A stretch of 64,000 bases of DNA from Acidobacteriota bacterium (GCA_022562055.1 JADFQA010000011.1:11273-75272), one strand, 5' to 3'. Shown: positions 36,585-46,945, numbered from the stretch's first letter. The notes: generated from the sequence alone by a model not told the origin. Translations and numbers: made by a program.

Positions 36585-37985
36585 ATGAGTTACGCCCAGT
36601 TAGCAGCAACGGACAAACCCCGTAATACGGTGGGTGCTGGCACCGTGACGGGTTCGAGTGGTTCGGATTTCGAACCAATATTCTTTGACACACCCCACAT
36701 GGACGCCCGGGCAATACCCGTGGGGCTTGATGACATAGAACCCGGTGCCGTCCTCGCGTTCATCCTCGACGGTATCAATATCGGGGAACTGTGTGGTTAT
36801 GACCGGGTCATAGTGTTACGAGCCCACCAACGCTTGGTATCTCACTACCAAGCACAGCTTTACACAGACATGGCTGGCATCACGACAGTATTCGAGAACC
36901 CCACCGACACCCCAAACCACGTCGCCGACCATGTTTCTGGCGAGCCTTCTGGGGGTCCCAGTTTTGATGCTGTCAGGGATGCCGGTGTTGAGATCGGTTG
37001 TGCGTTACATCTCACCCGCCGCGCCGCCGACACCGAGCTTGGTGTAGCGCTTGAGCTCACTGGTCGGCTCCCGAGGCTCCATGAGATGCTCACCCTGGGC
37101 CTGGTAGATGTGCGGCGGGTAAAATGTATGTCTGCTGCCACTATCCACCTCGACACTGACACCGCCCGGGGTGTGATTGATAGTGTTGCTAACGAGGCCC
37201 CCGGGTTAACCACAGGGCAGCTCAGAGCCCGCATCGCGAAACTCTGCATCAACGTAAACCCTGATGATGCTGCCCGACGCTTTCAAACAGCACACGGGGA
37301 CCGTCGGGTTGTGATGGAAGCAACCACTGAGGGCACAGCCAACCTGATGGGTCTTGCTCTGGAACCAGGCCGGGTAGTGGAGATCACCAACCGGATCAAC
37401 AACTTGGCTAAAAGTCTCAGACGGGGCGGTGAGACACGCACCATGGACCAGTTACGAGCCGACGTCTACGTCGACCTACTGACAGGCACCAACTATCACG
37501 CTGCGGGTCGGGGTGTGATCCATATCACCACCGATCTTCAAACCCTCACCCGCCTCAACGATCATCCTGGTGACCTGGGTGGCTACGGGCCAGTAATAGC
37601 TGACATTACCCGCCAAATCGTCGCCCAAAACGCTGACACCAAAACTGAGTGGCGCTGGTCCATTACCGATCCTGACACGGGTGAACTCACCCACACCGGA
37701 ACCACGACCCGCCGCCCCGGTGCCGCGATACGCCGCGCAGTTGAGATGCGCCACACGACCTGTGTGTTCCCCGGATGCCGCATGCCATCCGTCGAATCCG
37801 ATTTGGATCACCGTGACCCAGTCACCCACGGCGGACCCACCACGCCGCCTAACCTGGCACCGTTATGCAGGTTCCACCACACCCAAAAACACCTCGACTG
37901 GCGCCTCGAAAAACTCGACAACGGCGACTACCAGTGGACCAGCCCCCTCGGCCACACCTACACCACTCGCCGAGCACCACCCTAA
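36585..37985 (+). CDS. DUF222 + HNH endonuclease protein (REP13E12-family repeat protein)
   Basis: 466 aa; C-terminal HNH HRDPVTHGGPTTPPNLAPLCRFHHTQKH with CxxC...CxxH; architecture of mycobacterial 13E12 repeat proteins. Confidence 0.8.
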   Translation: MSYAQLAATDKPRNTVGAGTVTGSSGSDFEPIFFDTPHMDARAIPVGLDDIEPGAVLAFILDGINIGELCGYDRVIVLRAHQRLVSHYQAQLYTDMAGITTVFENPTDTPNHVADHVSGEPSGGPSFDAVRDAGVEIGCALHLTRRAADTELGVALELTGRLPRLHEMLTLGLVDVRRVKCMSAATIHLDTDTARGVIDSVANEAPGLTTGQLRARIAKLCINVNPDDAARRFQTAHGDRRVVMEATTEGTANLMGLALEPGRVVEITNRINNLAKSLRRGGETRTMDQLRADVYVDLLTGTNYHAAGRGVIHITTDLQTLTRLNDHPGDLGGYGPVIADITRQIVAQNADTKTEWRWSITDPDTGELTHTGTTTRRPGAAIRRAVEMRHTTCVFPGCRMPSVESDLDHRDPVTHGGPTTPPNLAPLCRFHHTQKHLDWRLEKLDNGDYQWTSPLGHTYTTRRAPP

Positions 37986-38297
37986 AAATGGACCGAACCG
38001 GCCCGCGGTTTCCCATCGGAATTGGTGCGATGGGGGGAGCGGGGTGATTCCGCTGCCACCGGGTTGGCCGAAGCCACGGCGCTGGCTGCGAAGTATCCAT
38101 CGATTACCAGCATTCGTATCTACGAGGTCATGGAGCACTAAACCAGTGCCCCGACGGGCAAAAGGGCTGACACCGTTTCTGGCGACGTCGGCGATCGCTC
38201 GGTGCGAAAAGACAAGAGTCGGGTTCGTCGGTGCGGGAACGAACCGAGACGCAACCGGCTGTCGTGCGGTCGGCAGTGCTCTTCTAGACTCTGTGCA

Positions 38298-39620
38298 ATG
38301 TCTTCTTCTCCTCCGACCGTGTGGCTTGAGACGCTTGGGTGCGCCAAGAACCAGGTCGATTCGGACAAACTCACCGCGTTGCTTGACACGTCCGGATACG
38401 TGATGGCCGCGTCGGCGAAGGTCGCCGACGTGGTGATGGTGAACACGTGTGCATTCATCGAAGCGGCCCGTGAGGAATCGATCGACACGATCCTTGCTCT
38501 TGCGGATATCAAGAACGACGGTGCCAACCTTGTCGTGCTTGGTTGCATGGCGCAGCGTTACGAGACCGAGCTGGCTGAAGCGTTGCCGGAGGCCGACGCG
38601 GTCCTTGGTCTCGACCGCTACGGCGAGCTGATCTCCACACTCGACACCATGACGGACTGGCGGCCGCTTCGGGTCACGGCGGCGCCGACATCCAAGATGG
38701 ACATTTTGTACCAGACGAAACGTCCGACACCGACGACGCCGTACGCCTACGTCAAGATCGCCGAAGGGTGCGACAAGAGCTGCACGTTCTGCGCAATCCC
38801 GCAGTTTCGCGGCAAACAACGCTCGCGTTCACCGCTGAACATCCGCGACGAGATCGCCGACCTCACCGCACAGGGCGTCGGTGAAATCGTCATCGTTGCA
38901 CAGGATCTTGCCGCATACGGGCGCGACATCAACGCACCCGGAGGCATCGAGTCACTGGTGCAATTCGTCAGCGATGTTGAAGGCTTGCGAAGACTCAGGC
39001 TGTACTACTTGTTCCCTCGTGAGGTCCGGCCAAAACTGATTCACGAGATGGCTTCGAACCCTGTTGTGGCGAACTACTTTGACTTGTCGCTGCAGCACGT
39101 CAACCCAGGGTTGCTTCGAGCGATGAAACGTCCAGGCAGCGGGGAGAAACATCTCGACCTCATCGCGCGCATCCGCACGGAGGCCGACCGGCCTGCTTTC
39201 AGGTCGAGCTTCATTGTTGGGTTTCCCGGCGAGACGGATGATGAGGTCGAGGAACTTGCAACATTCATGCGCGACGCCACGATTGATTGGGTGGGGTTGT
39301 TCCCCTATTCGGCGGAGCATGGAACGCCGGCGGCGGAAATGGCGAACCAGGTCCCGGCCGACGAGATCGAAGAGCGGGTCCGATATCTACAATCCGTCCA
39401 GGATGAAGTCACGCTCGAACAGTCGCTCGCCCAGGTCGGACGGCGCTTCGAGATTCTGATCGATCAGGTCGAGGACGAGCGCCCTGTCGGGCGTTCGTAT
39501 CGCGAGGCGCCTGAAATCGATGGTGTGGTGTTACTCGACACGGGGAAACCAGGAGAATGGGTGACGGCTGAGATCACTGCGGCGTACGGCGTTGAAATGG
39601 AAGCGACCGTCGTTTCGTAG
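38298..39620 (+). CDS. rimO: ribosomal protein S12 methylthiotransferase RimO
   Basis: start ATG 38298 (MSSSPPTVWLETLGCAKNQVDSD); MTTase N domain, radical-SAM CDKSCTFCAIP, TRAM C-terminus. Confidence 0.85.
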   Translation: MSSSPPTVWLETLGCAKNQVDSDKLTALLDTSGYVMAASAKVADVVMVNTCAFIEAAREESIDTILALADIKNDGANLVVLGCMAQRYETELAEALPEADAVLGLDRYGELISTLDTMTDWRPLRVTAAPTSKMDILYQTKRPTPTTPYAYVKIAEGCDKSCTFCAIPQFRGKQRSRSPLNIRDEIADLTAQGVGEIVIVAQDLAAYGRDINAPGGIESLVQFVSDVEGLRRLRLYYLFPREVRPKLIHEMASNPVVANYFDLSLQHVNPGLLRAMKRPGSGEKHLDLIARIRTEADRPAFRSSFIVGFPGETDDEVEELATFMRDATIDWVGLFPYSAEHGTPAAEMANQVPADEIEERVRYLQSVQDEVTLEQSLAQVGRRFEILIDQVEDERPVGRSYREAPEIDGVVLLDTGKPGEWVTAEITAAYGVEMEATVVS

Positions 39621-39687
39621 CTTCCCGTTCGACCGCCGCGGCAAACGGCATGTGTGGGATGGACACCGGTTGCTGAGGCCGTAACCT

Positions 39688-40944
39688 ATGTCCATGATTG
39701 TTGAGACGCTGGCGGTGGGGACCGAGCTTTTACTCGGTCAGATAGCAAACACAAACGCCGCTGCGATCGGTGAACGGCTTGCCGAAAACGGTTTGACCCA
39801 TCTCCATCAGACAGTTGTCGGTGACAACATGGACCGCATGGTTGGGGCGATCAGACTCGCCATGTCGCGCGCCGATGCGTTGATCATCACGGGTGGCATA
39901 GGACCGACGGCTGACGATGTCACCCGAGAGGCCATCTGTCTCGCAACCGACCGAGCGACGGCTTTCAGCGAAGAGTACGCTGCCGAGCTACGAGAGCGAT
40001 GGCAGCGCCTTGGGCGTGACATGCCGCCGTCGAACCTTCGCCAGGCTGAGTACCCCGAGGGCGGGGAGCTGCTGGAAAACCCGAAGGGATCGGCCCCCGG
40101 CGTGTATATCGAGCACGAAGGCACGATGATCTTTTCGCTGCCGGGGGTGCCGGCGGAGATGTTGCCGATGGTGGATGCGCAGGTGCTCCCGCGGATTCTC
40201 GCTGCTGCCGGCGACCAGGGCGTTCTGATTAGTCGCATCATTCGCACGTTTGGCGAGTCCGAAGCGAAGGTCGGTGAATTGCTATCGGACATTTTCGAGA
40301 CAAGCGAGAACCCGACGGTTGCGTACCTCGCGTCGGCATCTGAGATCAAGATACGGCTGACGGCTCGGGCACCAGACGCTGAAGCAGCCCGTGCGCTTAT
40401 CGCCCCGATCGAAGCGATCGTCGTTGAGCGACTGGGGCACCGGATATTCGGGTTCGACGCCGACACGATCGAGCGTGGATTGGCGTCTCGGCTTCTGGAG
40501 CGAGGGTGGACGATTGGTACCGCTGAATCCGCAACGGGCGGCCTTATATCAGGCAGGTTGACGACTATCCCCGGTTCCAGCGGTTGGTTTCGTGGTGGGA
40601 TTGTTGCGTACCACGAAGACGTCAAGGTCGGAATCCTCGGGGTGTCACCGCTCACGATCGACGAATACGGTGTGGTGTCCGAAGAGGTCGCCATCGAAAT
40701 GGCGCGCGGTGCCCAAACGGCGCTTGGTGTTGAAGTTGCGGTGTCAGTCACCGGCTCGGCCGGTCCCGACCCGCTTGGCAAAGACGTCGGAACAATGGTC
40801 ATTGCAGTGGCAACACCCGATGATATCCGTGCCCGTACGTCGCGCTTGCCGGGTGACAGGGAGCGAATTCGCGCATACACGGCGACGGCCGCGCTCCACT
40901 TGGTGCGCCTTGCATTGGACGGCGTGTGGTGGGAGACGTCGTAG
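39688..40944 (+). CDS. cinA: competence/damage-inducible protein CinA (NMN amidohydrolase PncC family)
   Basis: MSMIVETLAVGTELLLGQIANTNAA MoCF-biosynthesis-like N-domain + CinA C-domain, 418 aa. Confidence 0.85.
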   Translation: MSMIVETLAVGTELLLGQIANTNAAAIGERLAENGLTHLHQTVVGDNMDRMVGAIRLAMSRADALIITGGIGPTADDVTREAICLATDRATAFSEEYAAELRERWQRLGRDMPPSNLRQAEYPEGGELLENPKGSAPGVYIEHEGTMIFSLPGVPAEMLPMVDAQVLPRILAAAGDQGVLISRIIRTFGESEAKVGELLSDIFETSENPTVAYLASASEIKIRLTARAPDAEAARALIAPIEAIVVERLGHRIFGFDADTIERGLASRLLERGWTIGTAESATGGLISGRLTTIPGSSGWFRGGIVAYHEDVKVGILGVSPLTIDEYGVVSEEVAIEMARGAQTALGVEVAVSVTGSAGPDPLGKDVGTMVIAVATPDDIRARTSRLPGDRERIRAYTATAALHLVRLALDGVWWETS

Positions 40945-41492
40945 ACATTGACACGCCGCGGCGCCTGTTCGTCGGCGTAGCGGTTGACAACGAGGCTCGT
41001 CATACGCTGGCGCACGCCTTGCAGATTGCCGGCGTCGAGATGATCGGCAAGCCGGTTCCGCCAAAATCGTGGCATGTCACCCTACGGTTTCTGGGCTTGA
41101 CCTCGCCGGTTGTGCAAGACCTGTTCATGCGAGAGCTTGAGGAAACGATCAGCGTTGCGCCGTTCACGTTGCGACTCCACACGATCGGTTCCTTCCCGCG
41201 ATCCGACAAAGCGACCGTTTTGTGGTTGGGGGCCGACGGGGGAGACGCACTTGCGATACTCGGTGCTCAGTGTGAGGCTGCTGCCGAGGTGGTCGGTTTT
41301 GAACCTGAGGGTCGCCCGTTTGTCCCTCACCTCACGCTGTCGCGCATTCGTCCACCCGCCGACGTCCGTGAATTGACCCGTATCGAGATTCCAGCGATTC
41401 GGACCAAGGTTGATCGGGTGACGCTGTTCCGGTCGTATTCGGGCGCAGGTGGCGTTGTCTACGAACCGGTCGATGAGATCATGCTTGGCTGA
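40926..41492 (+). CDS. thpR: RNA 2',3'-cyclic phosphodiesterase (2H phosphoesterase, ThpR/LigT)
   Basis: two HxT/SxS motifs (HVTLRFLG and HLTLSR), 188 aa; overlaps cinA 3' end by 19 nt. Confidence 0.8.
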   Translation: MVGDVVDIDTPRRLFVGVAVDNEARHTLAHALQIAGVEMIGKPVPPKSWHVTLRFLGLTSPVVQDLFMRELEETISVAPFTLRLHTIGSFPRSDKATVLWLGADGGDALAILGAQCEAAAEVVGFEPEGRPFVPHLTLSRIRPPADVRELTRIEIPAIRTKVDRVTLFRSYSGAGGVVYEPVDEIMLG

Positions 41493-41533
41493 GGTGGCCT
41501 TGTGGAGAGGCCTGTGAGCACAGTACTCGACAT

Positions 41534-41601
41534 CGAACACCTGTTCGTATAGAGTGGCGGCACACCAACACACAGAGTTTGTCACAGGTACCGGGTACGT
41601 T
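41534..41601 (+). promoter_or_regulatory. recA regulatory region: SOS box TCGAAC-ACCT-GTTCGT (41534..41549) with -10 TAGAGT, plus RecA-NDp/PafBC-like motif TGTCACAG-N8-TACGTT (41580..41601)
   Basis: read directly; 11/12 match to LexA box; second element matches tgtCagtg-N8-TAnnnT pattern described for mycobacterial LexA-independent DNA-damage promoters. Confidence 0.6.
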
Positions 41602-41632
41602 CTGTTGTACCGCCTGAGAAGGGAGAATCCCG

Positions 41633-42685
41633 GTGGATTCAGAACAGAGTAAGAATCTTGAAATGGCGATGTCGCAGATCGAACGGCAGTTCGGCAAGGG
41701 CGCCATCATGAAGTTGAGCGACAGCGCAGTGCGCAACGTCAGGGCGATTCCGACGGGTGCGTTAGCGCTCGACCTTGCCCTTGGCATAGGTGGTGTTCCT
41801 CGCGGCCGGATTGTCGAGATCTACGGTCCAGAGGCATCTGGCAAGACAACCCTTGCACTCCATATCGTCGCCGAAGCGCAGCGCAACGGGGGAGTTGCTG
41901 CATTCATCGACGTCGAGCATGCACTTGACCCTGTGTACGCCAAAGCGTTGGGTGTTGATGTGGACGAGCTTCTGATAGCCCAACCGGACACCGGCGAGCA
42001 GGCCCTCGAAATCGTCGACATGTTGGTTCGATCGGGTGCGCTCGATGTGGTCGTCATCGACTCCGTTGCTGCACTTGTACCTCGCGCCGAACTTGAGGGA
42101 GACATGGGCGATGTCCATGTCGGGCTCCAAGCTCGGCTGATGTCTCAGGCTCTACGCAAGCTTGCCGGCTCGATCAACCGATCTGATACAACGGTGATCT
42201 TCATCAACCAGCTTCGTGAAAAGATCGGTGTGATGTTCGGCTCACCTGAGATCACGCCGGGTGGTCGTGCGCTGAAGTTCTACGCAAGTGTTCGTCTAGA
42301 CGTTCGGCGTATCGAGGCGATCAAACAAGGCACCGAAAACGTTGGCAACCGTGTCCGGGTCAAGGTCGCCAAGAACAAGGTCGCACCACCGTTCCGTCTC
42401 GCTGAGTTCGACATCATGTTTGGTGAAGGAATCTCACGAGAAGGCAGCCTGCTAGACGTTGCGGTCGAAGAGGGAATCGTCCGTAAATCTGGTGCCTGGT
42501 ACACGTACGAAGGTGACCAGCTTGGCCAAGGACGTGAGAAGGCGAAACAGTTCCTTCGCGACACACCAGAGCTTGCAATGCAGCTTCAGGACCAGGTCCT
42601 GCGTGCAGTCGGTCTCATAGAATCGGACGATATCTCGTCAGACGCTTCTGCTGTCGAGGCGGACTCCAACGTGGCGGCCGAGTAG
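41633..42685 (+). CDS. recA: recombinase RecA (no intein)
   Basis: GTG start with GAAGGGAG RBS; [13 protein letters not shown] Walker A, IDSVAAL, 350 aa. Confidence 0.95.
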   Translation: MDSEQSKNLEMAMSQIERQFGKGAIMKLSDSAVRNVRAIPTGALALDLALGIGGVPRGRIVEIYGPEASGKTTLALHIVAEAQRNGGVAAFIDVEHALDPVYAKALGVDVDELLIAQPDTGEQALEIVDMLVRSGALDVVVIDSVAALVPRAELEGDMGDVHVGLQARLMSQALRKLAGSINRSDTTVIFINQLREKIGVMFGSPEITPGGRALKFYASVRLDVRRIEAIKQGTENVGNRVRVKVAKNKVAPPFRLAEFDIMFGEGISREGSLLDVAVEEGIVRKSGAWYTYEGDQLGQGREKAKQFLRDTPELAMQLQDQVLRAVGLIESDDISSDASAVEADSNVAAE

Positions 42686-42709
42686 TCACCGCAGGACGTC
42701 GATCGGTAT

Positions 42710-42745
42710 GGTGCGGCGCGATTGCAGCGCCTCACCATATTTTTG
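42710..42745 (+). terminator. intrinsic terminator after recA (GGTGCGGCGC-gattgca-GCGCCTCACC + ATATTTTTG)
   Basis: 10-bp stem (one mismatch) followed by T-run. Confidence 0.6.
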
Positions 42746-43003
42746 CGAAAACAAGCCATGTAACCGTTCGACATGGGCTACGATCCCATCAACGAGAACC
42801 AATACTGAAAAATGGAAACGCCGTACAAAGCACTGATAAGGAGAGAACAGCGTAAGGGAGCCTCTTCGGTCAGACCGACCGAGAACCCCGCAACGCTGAC
42901 ACGACAGAGACAACCGAGTTAAAGCTACCGACCAGGTAGCTAAAGGGCGGGTCATACCGCCGATCTGTCAGTACAGCCACGGTGTCCCAGGATAGGGGAA
43001 CAA

Positions 43004-44539
43004 ATGACTGAGCCGTGGATGATGAGAGCGGTCGTCAGCGCCCTCCTCATGGTCATCGCATTTCTGGCTGGAAGAGCGGCCCACCGCCGGAAGACCGCCA
43101 ATGCAACCGCAGCGGCGCAAGCAACGCTGTCTGAGGCGCGCGCCGAGGCGCAGCAGCTACTCCTTCGGGCTGAAGACGAAGGGCGGGCAGTCGCTCTTGC
43201 ACATCGCGAACGAGAAGAGGAAGCGCTTGAGCATCGGAAGTTCGAAGCGAGCAGCCTAGAGGAACGTCTCGCCCAACGGGAAGCGACACTCGAACAACGC
43301 GCCGCAAACCTTGCCAACAGGGAGGAGCTTCTGCTCGAAAAGGAGCAAGGGCTTCAACAAGAGCGCGTCGAACTGGATACCGAAATCGAATCCGTTCGCA
43401 TCCGTCTCGAAGAAGTAGCAGGGATCGACGCCGACGCAGCACGCACCGAGCTGCTCGAAAGGGTCGAGGATGAGGCACGCCGCGAAGCGATGGTGCTGAT
43501 GAGGGACCTTGAACTCAAAGCTCGAGAGGAATCTGAGCGAAGATCGAGGCGGATCCTGGCCACCACCATCCAGAGGCTCGCTGCCGAAGTCGTGTCGGAC
43601 GCCTCCGTGTCGAGCGTGGCGTTGCCCAGCGACGATATGAAGGGACGGATAATTGGTCGCGACGGACGCAACATACGGACGTTCGAAGCTGTGACCGGCG
43701 TGAACCTCATCGTCGACGACACACCAGAATCTGTTTCGCTATCGACATTCGATCCGGTACGGCGTGAGATCGCGAGGCGCGCATTGGTGAGACTTGTTGA
43801 GGATGGCCGTATCCATCCAGCATCGATCGAGGAAGCGTACGAAAAGGCCCGCTCAGAGGTGGAGCATTCTGTTCGTGATGCGGGGGAGTGGGCGATGCTT
43901 GAGGCCAATGTCACTCGCGTTCATCCCGAGATCGTGACTTTGTTGGGCCGACTGCGATTCCGCACGTCATACGGCCAGAACGTGCTCAACCATCTCGTCG
44001 AGTCAGCGAACATCGCCGGGATGCTTGCCGCCGAACTCGGTGTCGGTGAAGCCGAAGCACGCCGAGCCGCGTTTCTGCACGATATAGGCAAGGCAGTGAG
44101 CCACGAAGTGGGCGGGTCACACGCCCTCATAGGTGCCGAGATCGCGAGGCGGTTCGGCGAGGAAGCCGGTGTTGTTCACGCTATCGAAGCTCATCACAAC
44201 GAGGTTGAACCGCGGACACTGACAGCAATCATTGTGCAGGCTGCCGATACAGTGAGTGCAGCTCGCCCAGGGGCTCGCCGCGAGGCAATCGAATCGTACG
44301 TCCGACGCCTAGAGCGTCTCGAGGAAATTGCGATGGGGTTCGACGGTGTGGACCGAGTGTTCGCCATGCAGGCGGGGCGTGAAGTGCGGGTCGTTGTTGA
44401 CCCCGGCTCGATAGACGACCTTGCGGCGAGTAGCCTTGCCAGGCGCATCGCGAGAACGTTCGAAGAGGACCTCCAGTACCCCGGTCAAATCGAAGTGACC
44501 GTTATCCGTGAGTTCCGAGCGAACGACTTCGCTAGGTAG
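43004..44539 (+). CDS. rny: ribonuclease Y (N-terminal TM, coiled coil, KH, HD domains)
   Basis: KGRIIGRDGRNIRTFEAVTGV KH motif; HD domain AFLHDIGK; 511 aa. Confidence 0.85.
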   Translation: MTEPWMMRAVVSALLMVIAFLAGRAAHRRKTANATAAAQATLSEARAEAQQLLLRAEDEGRAVALAHREREEEALEHRKFEASSLEERLAQREATLEQRAANLANREELLLEKEQGLQQERVELDTEIESVRIRLEEVAGIDADAARTELLERVEDEARREAMVLMRDLELKAREESERRSRRILATTIQRLAAEVVSDASVSSVALPSDDMKGRIIGRDGRNIRTFEAVTGVNLIVDDTPESVSLSTFDPVRREIARRALVRLVEDGRIHPASIEEAYEKARSEVEHSVRDAGEWAMLEANVTRVHPEIVTLLGRLRFRTSYGQNVLNHLVESANIAGMLAAELGVGEAEARRAAFLHDIGKAVSHEVGGSHALIGAEIARRFGEEAGVVHAIEAHHNEVEPRTLTAIIVQAADTVSAARPGARREAIESYVRRLERLEEIAMGFDGVDRVFAMQAGREVRVVVDPGSIDDLAASSLARRIARTFEEDLQYPGQIEVTVIREFRANDFAR

Positions 44540-44651
44540 GCAAACCACTCTGCTGACGAAGGCTACAGTTTGGCCATGCTGGCCATGCCGGCGCATGTGC
44601 AACGGTTGCTTGCCGCACGTTACGTAGTTCAACCTAGCGAAGGTTTCAAAG

Positions 44652-46040
44652 ATGAGCGACGTGGTGATCCTCGGGATGCCAACAGTCAAAGAAATGCGTG
44701 TTCCAACGCGCGTAGGTCAGAAGTACTTCGTACGCACAATGGGTTGTCAGATGAACGACCATGACTCCGAGCGTATTTCCGGCCTTCTCGATAGCGATGG
44801 CATGGTCTCAACCGATGTGATCGAAGAAGCCGATCTGATAGTGGTCAACACTTGCACCATCCGTGAAAACGCCGACCAGAGGCTTTACGGGTACCTTGGC
44901 TCGCTCAAAGCGCTCAAGAATGTGAAGCCGAGTTTGCTTATCGCGGTCGGGGGTTGTTCTGCACAAAAAGAGCGCGACATTATCCAGCAGCGGGCTTCTT
45001 GGGTCGATGTCGTTTTCGGGACACACAACATTCATCGCGTGGTTGATCTCTTGGACCACGCCGACGAATGGGGTCCAATCACTGAGATTCTCGAAGAGAC
45101 GACGTCCGTTGAAACCACTGCTTCGGCCCTGCCTGCGCATCGCGAGACCGCACACTCGGCCTGGGTGACCATCACCATTGGTTGCAACAACTCCTGCACG
45201 TTCTGCATTGTTCCAATCGTTCGTGGAGCCGAAATCAGTCGCCGTCCAGGCGACGTGATTCGTGAAGTTCAGCGGCTCGCCGCCGACGGCGTCACCGAGG
45301 TGACGCTGCTCGGGCAGAACGTCAATTCGTACGGGAGAGATCTCGATATCGACGGTCGCAAACCGCTGTTTGCGGACCTGCTCCGCCGGGTCGGCGAGGT
45401 CAAGGGGATCCGCCGTATCCGTTACACATCGCCGCACCCGAAAGACATCCGTGAGGACGTGATGTACGCGATGCAACAGACCGAGGCAGTGTGCGAGCAA
45501 CTTCATCTTCCCCTCCAGTCAGGGAGCGCCAGGATCCTCGCCGCAATGCATCGCGGATACACACCCGTGCGATTCCTCGCAAAGCTCGCGATGGCCCGCG
45601 AGATCGTTGCAGATCTCACCGTGTCAACCGACATCATCGTGGGGTTTCCCGGAGAAACCGAAGACGACTTTGCGCAGACGATGGATGTTGTGCAGACGGC
45701 GCGATTCGACACGGCGTTTATGTTTCAGTTCTCGGCTCGCCCGGGAACACCAGCAGCATCGATGGGCGACACCATCACGCCCGGCGTCATGAAGCGGCGT
45801 TTTGACGCGCTGGTTACAGCCCAGAACGCGATCACTTTCGAGCGGAACCGGGACCAAGTCGGACGAACCTTTGAGGTGATGGTCGAAGGTCCTTCCAAGC
45901 GAGACGCGTCGGTCGCGACGACACGAACGAGGGGAAACCGTCTGGTACACGTGCCCGGAGTATTCCCACCGGGCAGCGTCTTCGACGCGACTGTCACCCG
46001 CGCGGCTCCTCACTACCTCGATGGTGTGGTGGCATCCTGA
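44652..46040 (+). CDS. miaB: tRNA-i6A37 methylthiotransferase MiaB
   Basis: YFVRTMGCQMNDHDSE, radical-SAM CNNSCTFCIVP, TRAM; 462 aa (alternative start ATG 44694). Confidence 0.85.
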   Translation: MSDVVILGMPTVKEMRVPTRVGQKYFVRTMGCQMNDHDSERISGLLDSDGMVSTDVIEEADLIVVNTCTIRENADQRLYGYLGSLKALKNVKPSLLIAVGGCSAQKERDIIQQRASWVDVVFGTHNIHRVVDLLDHADEWGPITEILEETTSVETTASALPAHRETAHSAWVTITIGCNNSCTFCIVPIVRGAEISRRPGDVIREVQRLAADGVTEVTLLGQNVNSYGRDLDIDGRKPLFADLLRRVGEVKGIRRIRYTSPHPKDIREDVMYAMQQTEAVCEQLHLPLQSGSARILAAMHRGYTPVRFLAKLAMAREIVADLTVSTDIIVGFPGETEDDFAQTMDVVQTARFDTAFMFQFSARPGTPAASMGDTITPGVMKRRFDALVTAQNAITFERNRDQVGRTFEVMVEGPSKRDASVATTRTRGNRLVHVPGVFPPGSVFDATVTRAAPHYLDGVVAS

Positions 46041-46945
46041 GCCGTATCGGGATCGTCGGTCCGACTGCTTCAGGCAAGACCGAACTCGCGGAACGCCTTG
46101 CAACGGAGCGTGGTGCAGACATCGTGAGCGTGGACTCGATGCAGGTGTACCGAGGGATGGATATCGGCACCGCCAAACCGAGCAAGGAGACGAGATCCCG
46201 CGTTGCGTATCACCTCATCGATCTTGTGGAACCCAAACACGACATGTCGGTCGCGCAATTTCAAGCGGCGGGGAGACAGGCGCTTGAAACGATCGAGTCT
46301 CGTGGTCGTGATGTCGTTATCGCCGGAGGGTCGGGTTTGCACATGCGATCGCTCATCGATCCGCTTGTCTTCGAAGGTACCGATGCAGATCTGCGTACGG
46401 TCCTCGAATCGACGCCAACGCACGACCTCGTTAGCGAGCTCACGGCCGCCGACGCGGATGCCGCGAGTGTGGTCGACCTCGCAAACCGGCGGCGTGTTGT
46501 GCGTGCCGTCGAGATCCTTCGTCTGTCGGGTAGAACTCCTACACAGCGACACTTCACAAAAGAAGCGACGGCGGTGAGGGAGTACGAGCCAATCGATCCG
46601 ATCGTCCTCGTGGGTGTCGATCCGGGGGATGCGATCGAAGCCAGGGTCGCCGCTCGGTGTCAGGCAATGTTCGCTGCCGGGCTTCTTGAGGAGGTGCGAT
46701 CGTTGCAGGGAAAACTCGGGCGAGCGGCGGCTCAGGCAGTGGGTTACAAGGAACTGGTGCCCGTGATCGAGGGCCGGTCCACTCCTGCGGAAGGACTCGA
46801 GTATGTCGTGCGGGCGACGTTGGCTCTTGTCAAGCAGCAACGGACCTACTTCCGCAGGGATCCGAGAGTGCGTTGGCTGGTGTGGCACAATGACCGTGAG
46901 CGGCGGTGGTCTGCGCTGTGCGAGCTACTGGAGTCGGCCGAGTGA
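46025..46945 (+). CDS. miaA: tRNA dimethylallyltransferase MiaA
   Basis: frame extended upstream of ORF-track GTG 46124 to GTG 46025: ...IGIVGPTASGKTELAERLA P-loop lies upstream of the listed ORF start; SVDSMQVYRGMDIGTAKPS. Confidence 0.75.
   Translation, partial: CGGILSRIGIVGPTASGKTELAERLATERGADIVSVDSMQVYRGMDIGTAKPSKETRSRVAYHLIDLVEPKHDMSVAQFQAAGRQALETIESRGRDVVIAGGSGLHMRSLIDPLVFEGTDADLRTVLESTPTHDLVSELTAADADAASVVDLANRRRVVRAVEILRLSGRTPTQRHFTKEATAVREYEPIDPIVLVGVDPGDAIEARVAARCQAMFAAGLLEEVRSLQGKLGRAAAQAVGYKELVPVIEGRSTPAEGLEYVVRATLALVKQQRTYFRRDPRVRWLVWHNDRERRWSALCELLESAE

Noticed and set aside
37863-38819. 318-aa minus-strand ORF and the 240-aa plus-strand ORF 37681..38403
   Set aside because: Both overlap the rimO 5' region and the REP13E12 gene end. 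Arg-rich composition, no motifs, antisense artefacts.
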